DNA of 62,544 bases from Pseudomonadota bacterium. Its GTDB lineage: Bacteria > Bdellovibrionota_C > UBA2361 > OMII01. The DNA lies in the NCBI GenBank assembly GCA_038134595.1, contig JAYPVM010000014.1, positions 1 through 62,544 of the forward strand. Reading direction: 5' to 3'. Position 1 is the first letter of the stretch. Each line of letters begins with the position of its first letter. This document shows positions 30,557 through 39,390 of the stretch, piece by piece. The position numbers were made by a program, and so were the translations under genes. Below the pieces are notes generated by a model. It had not been told where the DNA came from, did no database searches, and saw only the letters and a program-made list of their open reading frames with translations.

Positions 30557-31039
30557 ATGCATCACTTAGTAAAGAAAGTGGTTAGTATCGTTTTCAACCA
30601 TATCATACTGCGTCTTGGTACAGTATTTCTTTGTGCAGCCTGCGGGGGAGGAGTTCTCGTTGTACTGCTTAATGCATACCACATAGTGTTTTTCGAATCC
30701 GCACTTTCTAGAGGATACTCCCTCAGTAATTTACTTCCAGAGGGAATAATGTCCTTTCTGGGAATCTGCCTGGGGGCAAGTATTGTTTCTTTGAGTTACC
30801 TCTATATGGTCCTCCTCTATGTTTTAGTATTGAGAAAAATCGTCGATTTCTGGCGGGCACTTCCTCGATGTTTTCTTACCATCTTTCTATCAATTAGTTT
30901 CGTATGCATCGCAGCGTTTCATACGATTGGTTTGATCATTCACAAAGCTGGTGTTTTCTTAATTGCGCCCCATATTGGATTTTGGATAGGAATCTATCTC
31001 TTGTGGATTCACTATAGAAAGCAAGCACCGGAGCGATGA
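30557..31039 (+). CDS. 4-TM membrane protein, possible immunity protein
   Basis: Four hydrophobic segments; starts 5 bp after the upstream ORF. Confidence 0.55.
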   Translation: MHHLVKKVVSIVFNHIILRLGTVFLCAACGGGVLVVLLNAYHIVFFESALSRGYSLSNLLPEGIMSFLGICLGASIVSLSYLYMVLLYVLVLRKIVDFWRALPRCFLTIFLSISFVCIAAFHTIGLIIHKAGVFLIAPHIGFWIGIYLLWIHYRKQAPER

Positions 31040-31349
31040 TAACACTATCCCGGGGATATTATAGCCACCCGCACACTCGCTTAACATGCAGACAGGGCTG
31101 GTACCACCAATAATCGAAACTAAATGAATCCCATTAATATCGAAGTTGCGAGTGTATCCTTCACCACGGCTTGAACCTGGTGGTGTTGGTTGGTTTGCCC
31201 TGCTGGCCTGTGCATGTCCAATGGTTGACCGGTTCTAGAGCACCGTCTATCTTGACTACTTGCCGTTCTCAAACGGCAAGGCTGGGTATTGTAATGACAC
31301 TGTTTTCTGTTTCATCAGAAGCAGTCACTAGATATAAACGCGTTATCTT

Positions 31350-32198
31350 ATGCTTTCTTTAGGGCAACGATATATTCTCATCTCATCTTTTTTCTTTGGG
31401 CTCATGATCGTATGCGTGTAGGCTATTGCAAATCTACCAACTCATGAAATTGTGTTTTTTCGTGGTCTGATAGCACTTGGAATTTGTACCGTCATGATAC
31501 GTAGAAAACGACTATCATTCTGGGGTACGCACAAAAAGCATCTGATTATTCGAGGGGTCGCTGGGACCTGTGCACTCGGTCTTTACTTTTATACGATTCG
31601 TGTAATGCCCCTAGCCAGTGCCGTCACCCTCGGAACGCTCTCTCCTATCTTCACAACCGTGTTAGCGTGTTTTATCGCTAAGGAGGGCGTATCACCAAAA
31701 AAACTATTCTTCTATGTAGTCGCGTTTATAGGTGTAGCTCTTATCAAAGGATTTGACCCACGGATTTCGACGTTCGAGGTCGGGCTCGGAGTTTTAGCCG
31801 CATTTTTCGCTGGCGTTGCTTACAACATGATACGACTTCTGAAGGATAAGGAGGACCCGTTAATCATTATTCTCTATTTTCCCCTTTTTACAGTTCCAAT
31901 CGTCGGCTCATACACACTCTCTCACTGGGTGTGGCCCACTACATCGGAGTGGTTATTACTAGGAGCTGTTGGAATATCGGTACAGATAGCACAAATCTAT
32001 ATGACAAAGGGATATCAAGCAGAGCCCGCTTCCAACGTGGCGTATTGTAACTATGTAGGCGTGATATTCGCCCTACTGTTTGGTTATACCATGTTTGGAG
32101 AGGTTCTTACTATGTATAGCCTTGTCGGCATAGCAGTCCTGTTAGTCGGAGTAATTGGGGCCACATGGACAAAAGACCGTCGCAAGTGCGAACCTTGA
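31350..32198 (+). pseudogene. EamA/DMT transporter with an in-frame TAG at codon 24
   Basis: ATG 31350 reads MLSLGQRYILISSFFFGLMIVCV*AIANLPTHEIVFFRG..., in frame with the listed 31452 ORF; TAG at 31419-31421; downstream DMT motifs LIIRG, PLASA..L..LSPIF, AQIYMTKGY. Confidence 0.7.
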
Positions 32199-33005
32199 TG
32201 ACTCATCTCGTTACGCTCAAGAACCATCCGTTACATAATCTGGCTCAATTCTAACCCCCGCGAAAGCACAATAGGCTCTGCTATGGAGACTATGCTAAGG
32301 CGCAAGGGCTTCACCATCGCAAAAGTAGGTAACAGCGCGGTATCAGAGAAAGAAAATATAAGATGCATGATGGGACGATGGATGGCGGATATGCTGTTAT
32401 TTTGAGAGGGAATACGAGTAACATCCATACCTTTTATATAGTTACCCTATCCCTGGTATCCTCTGAGTATACTAGGGATACGTCTATCAAGTTGGATCAA
32501 ATTAGGTTCATCAAGAGGCACGTCAGGGTCTCAACCGGACAAAGAGGACAGAGTAGAAGTAAGCTTCCTCGCAAGAAGTAGCAGTAGAGATACACATCTT
32601 CTGTGCCATTGCAGAAGAGGGGTAAATAACAACCGTTCGGTGGCGATGGGCAAAACCTACTCATATTTTCCGTAGGTTCGTTCGTCCATGCGGATGCTCT
32701 TGTAACACACTGCCCATTCCTACTTGCCTGACTCATAGGACCCGTAAAACATGATCGTAGAGATTTAGCAGGCTCATTTCGTCCTTCTCGATTACTGCGG
32801 TCCCAGGTCTCGCATCTCGTCACTCATCTAATACCTGCGGAAAGCTTATCATTTAGCAGTCTATCATTAAACTGGCTCTTAAATTATCCCTGTCGAAATA
32901 GGTGTATAGTGCATACAATTAGGATTTTAATTGGTTTGGTAACGTAATTCTTAAATTGCTTAAAAACTTTCAGTTAAGCATATGACGACTCGGATAGCCA
33001 CTTAG

Positions 33006-34529
33006 ATGAGAGATGTAGAAAAAGCTCAAAGAACTCCTTTAGCGAATGTAAGCCAAACTCTCGGCAATGACAGGCAATCTCTGGTGCTGCTCTTAGTAGT
33101 AGCTTTTCCCATCGTGTTTCTTGCTATCCAGATGTTTTCATCTAGCTTCACTCTAGACGAAGGAATCACATACTGGATTACAAACGAAGGTATTTCGGAA
33201 GCGTGGAGCAGATCGATCGATTTTCAAGGGCAAAGTCCTCTCTACTTTCTGATAGTCAATCTTTTACGGCAGATATTCGGGGATACTGAATTTAGCTTGA
33301 GATTCCTATCGCTAATTGCAGTGTTAATTTCCGCTATCTATATTTTAAAGCTCGGAACACAACTTTTTTCCAGAGAGGTTGGGCTTACTGCGGCTTCAAT
33401 ATTTACCATTACTCTGTATCCAAACAACATAGAGCTCTTATTTGCTCGCCCATATGGTCTTGCTGTCCTGCTATCAACCATATCCACATATCAACTTGTC
33501 GACTTTCTTAAAAATACCACTCGCCTTTCTCTTATACGCTACCTTACCTCCGGTGTGTTGCTTTTCTATTGTCACTATCTTTTCGCCTATGTAGTAGCCT
33601 TTCATGCTCTATCGGTTGGCGCGGCTCTAATTCTGTGCCCCAGAAGAAGATTATTTAAGCAATCTCTGGCACTGGTTTTTCTCGGAGGAGTATTATGCCT
33701 ACCTGCCCTCCCACAACTTCTGCTTGTCTCAGAAAAATCCTCGTTCTATTCATTTGCACCCGCGCCAGATTTTAGCACGTTCCTGTTTGAACTTTTGTGG
33801 CCAGATTGGATTACTAGAGTAATTACAGTGTTTCTACTCGTAAAAATTCTTTTGATTAGGAATGCTACTCTTTCCAATATCCCGAGGTCCAAACTTTTCC
33901 ATCTCCTCTTCTGTTTGGGTTGGGCAACCGTTCCGGTAATATGCGTTTACTTACAATCTAAATTTTCTTACTCAGTGTTTCTCCAAAGATATTTCTCTGG
34001 TCGCTGTCCGGGCGAGGCTCTCATGCTCGCTATTCTGATAGTTCCTCAGTTAAGAGGAAAGATTGCACATTTTATCCTCCTCAATTCAACTATCTTACTT
34101 CTTACTATCGGTTACGAACGGGGCGTCATTTACGGAGAAGACTGGAAAACTGCTTTTCAATACGTGAACTCTGCCGCAATAGAGAGAGGAGTCAAGCCAA
34201 TAGTCCTCATTGATCCAAGACTCGTAGAACAAAAAAACGAGGCGTGGCAGAATTCCATGCCTGAGGTCGATAAGTATCTTACATCTATCTCTCTGCCCTA
34301 TCTGGCTGATGCCAACGTTGTTCCCTTTTCGATAACTTCGAATGTTACGTTACTAAAACAACCAGAGCTCATCTCAACGGCAAATCTTTCTAAGCTATGG
34401 ATCATCACACGCCATCCTAGAGACATACAGAAGATGCAGCAGTATTTGCGGTATGTATCCAATCTGTCGAAGTTAGAGGTTGCCGAGGACCGATTTTTTT
34501 CCTCCATTTATATCTATCGATTACACTAG
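33006..34529 (+). CDS. GT-C glycosyltransferase (GT39/PMT_2-like)
   Basis: LDEGIT, QSPLYF, EFSLRFLS, ARPYGL, YCHY, EDWK motifs; multi-TM. Confidence 0.85.
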   Translation: MRDVEKAQRTPLANVSQTLGNDRQSLVLLLVVAFPIVFLAIQMFSSSFTLDEGITYWITNEGISEAWSRSIDFQGQSPLYFLIVNLLRQIFGDTEFSLRFLSLIAVLISAIYILKLGTQLFSREVGLTAASIFTITLYPNNIELLFARPYGLAVLLSTISTYQLVDFLKNTTRLSLIRYLTSGVLLFYCHYLFAYVVAFHALSVGAALILCPRRRLFKQSLALVFLGGVLCLPALPQLLLVSEKSSFYSFAPAPDFSTFLFELLWPDWITRVITVFLLVKILLIRNATLSNIPRSKLFHLLFCLGWATVPVICVYLQSKFSYSVFLQRYFSGRCPGEALMLAILIVPQLRGKIAHFILLNSTILLLTIGYERGVIYGEDWKTAFQYVNSAAIERGVKPIVLIDPRLVEQKNEAWQNSMPEVDKYLTSISLPYLADANVVPFSITSNVTLLKQPELISTANLSKLWIITRHPRDIQKMQQYLRYVSNLSKLEVAEDRFFSSIYIYRLH

Positions 34530-35000
34530 CTAACAAGGGGATTGCAGAAATCACTTCGCCATGGGCTCGGATCGTATGATTAACTAAGTCTGTGACTTAA
34601 GGCGGTATTCGAGGCCGTAATCGAAATCAGCCGCGGAGGCTTGTGTCCATCCTTAAGTTTATTGAGGCTTAAGAGGATATCGGTCAACCTCCACCATACG
34701 ACTCACTTGAGCCGTAGCCGAATGAATTCGAAAATCCGCTCTTTCTGTGACAAGACAGGAAGAGCGCAGTTCTAACGCTATTTTCACAACTTAGCAACAC
34801 GTCTTCAGCCCTGCTTGGAACCTTGAAATGCTACAATCATACCTGGCAACTTCGAGCCTTCTCTCATCCCTTTCTAGTAGGACTTGAACCTCGTGAGTCT
34901 GTCGGCTACCACAGTTCAATTACTTGCAAAAAGTGACTTGATCTTACGCTCCATAAGTTTTGTGCTACAAGCCAGTGTGCCACCATCTCGATAAAGAAAC

Positions 35001-36587
35001 CTAGTGTTGCTTTACCCAAGCTTCAAAATCGGGAAATCCATTCTGCTCCAGTAATCTTTGCTCGACACCGTGTTGAACCGCTTCAGCAAATCTTTGTGGC
35101 GAGATATGGGAGCGGAGTTTTTGTAGCGCAAGTTCGACCTCTCCTGTTAACGCACTATAATCTTTCTTCGAGCTTGCCAACAGCACCTCCTCTAGTCTTG
35201 CTTTACGTGCGGTGAGGTACAATACTTCGAGAGCGATTCCAGACTGCCCCTCGCCTTTTTTGCTATCCCTTTTCTCATTCGGTTTCACCTTGTCGGAGGG
35301 CTGATCAAACGAGTCTGTCTCATTATGAATTCGCTTTTCTCCTGGAAGCATAAATTCAAAGGGCCGTTCAACCGCTCGGTAGAGAAATCCTGTCGGGCTT
35401 CTACTTATCAGTTTACTTTTCTGCGCCAGTAATAGATCAAAATGTTCAATGACCGCTGCCATGCGCTCTAATGTTGCACTACCCTGCCCTCCAACGAGTC
35501 GCCACGCTTGTTTTTCGTCGATGCCTCGCTCAATAAGTGCTGTCTGAATAGCAGAAACCTGCTCAGAGAGATCCCCTGCTGTGCGGATGCGATTGACATT
35601 CGACCGTGTCGTTGTATCAACAGTGCTTGCTCGTTCATCACTGTCAGTCTGTGTTTTAACGGCTAAAGTCCTCTTCGGAGCGTGTGCCGCTACAAGCACA
35701 ATCTCCGTAGACTTTCCCTTTCCTACAAATTCAAAGTGACTAAGAATCCCCTTGTCTTGTAGCTCCTCTAAGGCTGGTTGGATCTGTTGTTTCAGTGAAC
35801 TTGCATACACATAGTTTCTTGATACGCCTATTTTTTCATGTGCTAGCGTAAATAGATTGATCTGCATTCTGGATCGATACCAGAAGTGTTTATCCAAATA
35901 CCGATAGAGTCGCTTTGACACAGCGCTTTGAAGTTCGAGATAGAAATCCAGATCTAGTTTTTTAATAAATCCCACTTGAAAAGACTTAAATAAAACCTCA
36001 CTCCATGCAAAGAAACTCTCTCTGGTATCTCTTCCGTCGTTTATCTCATAGGCGTCAATGATGCCAAAGTTTCTTGTGCTATGCGCCTTTGTTTCATTGT
36101 CATAGAAAGCATTGCTTGCTTTTATTCGAACACCACTTAGCCTATCAAGTGCATTCTGGAGTCGAGTGTAGCTGCGTCCCTCCGTGGTCCAACGCAGAAT
36201 CTTAAGAAGCTCATATCGGGTAAAGGGCACCTTCCTTGTCTGCAATCCCTGATCAGCTGTGAGCTTTAACAAGCCCAGCAAAACTTCATCATCTGAGGAT
36301 GTTGGAAGCCCGAATTTATCAGCACCTGTTATGATCCATTTGCGCTGAACAACATCACCGTTTTTACCCTTCACAAAATCGGTGAACTCCAGTGTCTTGA
36401 TTGAAGGATCTGCTCGCTTCGAGAGCACCGTTAGAGGAAACTCCGCTAAGTTCATCTCATCGCGAGAGAGTTTGCCTGTTGTAACTGCCAACTGCCCGTT
36501 TTCGCCAACCGAGATTGGGATATCATCCTCATCTACCTGTCGGATGAAAGGTTGCTCAGATTGTTGGCGTCTTCGTGGGATTCCCAT
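35001..36587 (-). CDS. repA: Plasmid-type replication initiator protein A (RepA/RPA-like)
   Basis: DEMNLAEFP, FGLPT..D.EVLLGL, FTRYELLKIL.W, KKLDLDFY.EL.S.VSKRLYRYLDK pattern of winged-helix initiators; divergent from parAB across an iteron region. Confidence 0.85.
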   Translation of the reverse strand: MGIPRRRQQSEQPFIRQVDEDDIPISVGENGQLAVTTGKLSRDEMNLAEFPLTVLSKRADPSIKTLEFTDFVKGKNGDVVQRKWIITGADKFGLPTSSDDEVLLGLLKLTADQGLQTRKVPFTRYELLKILRWTTEGRSYTRLQNALDRLSGVRIKASNAFYDNETKAHSTRNFGIIDAYEINDGRDTRESFFAWSEVLFKSFQVGFIKKLDLDFYLELQSAVSKRLYRYLDKHFWYRSRMQINLFTLAHEKIGVSRNYVYASSLKQQIQPALEELQDKGILSHFEFVGKGKSTEIVLVAAHAPKRTLAVKTQTDSDERASTVDTTTRSNVNRIRTAGDLSEQVSAIQTALIERGIDEKQAWRLVGGQGSATLERMAAVIEHFDLLLAQKSKLISRSPTGFLYRAVERPFEFMLPGEKRIHNETDSFDQPSDKVKPNEKRDSKKGEGQSGIALEVLYLTARKARLEEVLLASSKKDYSALTGEVELALQKLRSHISPQRFAEAVQHGVEQRLLEQNGFPDFEAWVKQH

Positions 36588-36689
36588 TAACTTATCTCTT
36601 ACGGCTTGTTTGTAAAAACCGCTCTTTTTTTACACCACACATTTTCATAAATCGGTTTAAGAAGAGTGTTTGTATTGGCAGAACTCTAT

Positions 36690-36840
36690 CACCTAAAACA
36701 AAAAATACTCATTAAAAAAACTATCAACACCCTATCTTACTTTTAGTTAGTTAAACAAGATTTAGTAGTAATACATGTTATAAGTGAGCGAAGAAAAAAT
36801 AAAGTGATATCAGGATTCTAAGACGTGTTTTTTATTTCAT
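36690..36840. other. AT-rich tract, putative DNA-unwinding element of the origin
   Basis: Visibly A/T-rich (AAAACAAAAAATACTCATTAAAAAAA..., TTTTTTATTT), directly next to the iteron array. Confidence 0.6.
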
Positions 36841-37198
36841 TGCACGAGGTTTCTTGGTGCAATGCACGATACCCCTTTATCTCGATACACGAAGTATTAC
36901 TCTCAGCACACGATGAACTTACGCCCAAGGCACGATATCGTTAATTCGAATACACGATAGCCGTAGATCTCGAGACACTATCGTGATTTGGGAAAAGGTT
37001 TAGTCGTGAATTGAGATCTAGTTTTTCGTTCAGAATAGACCTATATTCTTATCTCAGTACACGAGCGCGCGTTTGCACTCAGATACACAGCTGTCTTTAG
37101 GATAAAAAGGCCGAAAAATGGGTTTTTTTTCATCGTGAAATGACTTAACTGTGGATTTTATTGTAGAACTTTGAGAGATTTCTTATCTCGAAACACGA
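36833..37198. repeat. Iteron-like array, consensus ~(T)TATCTCRNNACACGA
   Basis: CACGA cores at 36843, 36865, 36888, 36909, 36931, 36953 and CACTA at 36976 (spacing 21-23 bp); inverted TCGTG at 36981, 37004, 37133; further direct copies at 37049-37064 and 37183-37198. Confidence 0.8.
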
Positions 37199-37214
37199 AC
37201 TAAGGAGGTGCTCT

Positions 37215-38054
37215 GTGGGAAGTGAAAATACGTCCGAACAACAGCAGTCGCAGAAGCGAGCGATAGCCATCAGTGTTGTTAACCAGAAAGGAGGAGTCGG
37301 TAAGACCACAACAACCGTAAATCTAGGAGCTGCTCTCGCCGAGCAAGGCAAGCGGGTTCTAATGATAGACATCGACGCGCAGAGCAATTTAACTACGCAT
37401 TTGGGCCTGGGAGTAAAAGAAGATCCAAGCGATATGGCTGAGATTGCAAAGGGTCCTGAATGGACTGTCTATGATGTCTTGAAAGGCACCAAGCGTATTC
37501 AGGATGTAGTTATTAAACGTTCAGAGAATCTTGATATCGTGCCCTCTAGTCTACTTTTAAGCGCGGCGGATTTGGAGTTGGGGGGTGTTGTCGGCAGAGA
37601 GCTTCTTCTCAAGAGAGCTATAGATAAGATCCGAGACTCGTATGATGTTATTTTGATAGATTGTCCCCCTACCCTTGGTTTGCTTTCTTTGAATGCTTTG
37701 GCGGCTGTAGATAAAGTTATTGTACCAGTTCAGAGTGAGTATCTTGCATTACATGGAGTTAGGCAACTACTTGATACTATTGATCAAGTTAGGAGCGTTT
37801 ATAATCCGAGCCTCATTGTTGGTGGAGTTCTTATCTGTTTACACGATAACAGGAAGCGCTTGGCGAGAGCTGTTGCTGATACGATTAGAGCCTACTTCGG
37901 CGATCTCGTATTTGATACAGTTATTAGAGAGAACGTAGCTTTGGCAGAGGCGCCAGCAAACGGCTCTTCTATTTTCGAATACTCACCTAAGTCTCCAGGT
38001 GCGGAAGATTATTTGGCTTTATCTAACGAGGTGTTAAAACATGAGCAAGCGTAG
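37215..38054 (+). CDS. parA: ParA/Soj partition ATPase
   Basis: NQKGGVGKTT, IDIDAQSNLT, IDCPPTLG, LAEAP; SD AAGGAGGT. Confidence 0.96.
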   Translation: MGSENTSEQQQSQKRAIAISVVNQKGGVGKTTTTVNLGAALAEQGKRVLMIDIDAQSNLTTHLGLGVKEDPSDMAEIAKGPEWTVYDVLKGTKRIQDVVIKRSENLDIVPSSLLLSAADLELGGVVGRELLLKRAIDKIRDSYDVILIDCPPTLGLLSLNALAAVDKVIVPVQSEYLALHGVRQLLDTIDQVRSVYNPSLIVGGVLICLHDNRKRLARAVADTIRAYFGDLVFDTVIRENVALAEAPANGSSIFEYSPKSPGAEDYLALSNEVLKHEQA

Positions 38055-38913
38055 TTTCTCTTTTGCAAACAATCCATTAATGCAAGGCCCAGCTCTAGAG
38101 GAGCGAGCTCGAGGTGGGGTTCCCTATCGTGAGATTCCCCTTTCTGCCATCGAGGCTGACCCGAATCAGCCAAGGAGAAGTTTTGATGAAGAGAAGCTAC
38201 AGGAGCTAGCGGACTCCATTAAGCTCTACGGTGTGCTAAGTCCGATATTGGTTCGTGCTGCAAAATTACCTGGTAGATTTACTGTAATCTCTGGAGAAAG
38301 AAGGTTCAGAGCCTCACATTTAGCTGGCCTCGCGTCTATTCCAGCGGTCGTCAATCAGGGAGATGAGGCTTTAGATAGGACTCTGGCGATCCAGCTCGTC
38401 GAGAACTTACAGAGAGATGATTTAACACCCTTGGAGCGAGCACAAGCTATCGGCGCGCTTCGAGATGCACATAGTTTGAGTATTCGCGAGATTGCTGAGA
38501 AGTTAAGCATTTCCAAAAGTGCCGTTCAAAGAAGTCTTGAGATACTTCAGCTTCCCGATGATCTTTTGGTGGCTCTTCGCGAAGGCGCGGCTGAATCTAA
38601 GGTGCTTTTACTGGCTAAGATAGACGATCCAGCACTGAGAGCGTCATATCTAAAAGACTTAGATGTTTTGACTCGTGCTGAGCTCGAGAGAAACCTCAAG
38701 ACTCCGAAGACCGATGAGGCCAACGATGACTCGGTTCCTAGGGCCGTTAGCGCGGAGGATCTTCGAATAGCGGATGAGATTCAGAGGGCCTTGGGAATGA
38801 AGGTAAAGCTAACAAGAACAAGCGCTGATTCTGAGAATGGCCGATTGTCGGTCGATTTCTACGGTGACGGAGACCTACAGGTTCTTTTTAGGAAGCTTAT
38901 ATCTGAAGAATAG
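38041..38913 (+). CDS. parB: ParB/Spo0J CTPase partition protein
   Basis: PNQPRR, GVLSPILVR, SGERRFRA, ENLQRDDL, HTH region. Confidence 0.96.
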   Translation: MSKRSFSFANNPLMQGPALEERARGGVPYREIPLSAIEADPNQPRRSFDEEKLQELADSIKLYGVLSPILVRAAKLPGRFTVISGERRFRASHLAGLASIPAVVNQGDEALDRTLAIQLVENLQRDDLTPLERAQAIGALRDAHSLSIREIAEKLSISKSAVQRSLEILQLPDDLLVALREGAAESKVLLLAKIDDPALRASYLKDLDVLTRAELERNLKTPKTDEANDDSVPRAVSAEDLRIADEIQRALGMKVKLTRTSADSENGRLSVDFYGDGDLQVLFRKLISEE

Positions 38914-38914
38914 G

Positions 38915-39379
38915 CGTCCCACGGTGGGACAGCGAGAGGGAGCTCTTGATAAGGGGCGTTGGAGATGGGTTTCCAGCGCCCCTTTTTGGTGTATAGCCGA
39001 TTAGCTCTCTCAAGGTGCTACTTCTGGGTTGTAATATGAGACGGATGTCTCTTTGTAAAACTTCCAAGGAAGAATTTGAGGTGCTTATCTTGCCTGTCCC
39101 ACGGTGGGACAGTGATAACTTAGGTGGGATTGCTGTAAATGTACGGCCATTGGTTTAGAATTTAGTGATATCTGTTAATTTTGCGGGTGATTAAGAGCCT
39201 GTCCCACGGTGGGACAGTATTATGGTGGGAAGAGTGTTTGTTGGGGATGGTTTGTCGGGTGTATTTATAGTGATGTGGGATAAGTTTTTATTGCCTAAGG
39301 GTAGATTGTCCCACGGTGGGACACTATTTGTGGGTGATACCGATAGTTAAAGGTGTTTTAATTGTCCCACGGTGGGACA
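38915..39379. repeat. Five-copy parS-like centromere, TGTCCCACGGTGGGACA
   Basis: Copies at 38915-38931 (first base C), 39095-39111, 39200-39216, 39307-39323, 39363-39379; 8-1-8 palindrome immediately downstream of parB. Confidence 0.85.
38951..38987 (+). terminator. Rho-independent terminator of parAB
   Basis: AAGGGGCGTTGGA-loop-TCCAGCGCCCCTT followed by a T-run. Confidence 0.85.
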
Positions 39380-39390
39380 GTGAGGTGCAG

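Noticed and set aside
25316..31039. Prophage or defence island
   Set aside because: Apart from the phage-like ligase there are no structural, integrase or recognisable defence genes
31419..31421. Genome-wide TAG recoding or pyrrolysine
   Set aside because: Many intact genes terminate at TAG at the expected lengths; no pyl genes seen
32200..33000. Short ORFs (32231-32428, 32363-32581, 32497-32823) in the gap before the GT-C gene
   Set aside because: Mutually overlapping, with no SD or recognisable motifs; cannot be supported as genes
37149..37160. DnaA box (TGTGGATTT)
   Set aside because: Two mismatches to TGTGGATAA and no cluster of boxes; not evidence for a DnaA-type oriC
38915..39379. 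CRISPR array interpretation of the five palindromic repeats
   Set aside because: Repeats are only 17 bp, the period is irregular (180, 105, 107, 56 bp), there are no cas genes, and the position after parB fits parS
39316..39390. N-terminal extension of FolC in the ORF track
   Set aside because: It starts inside one parS palindrome and spans another; GTG 39391 has an SD-like GAGG and gives a more normal FolC length
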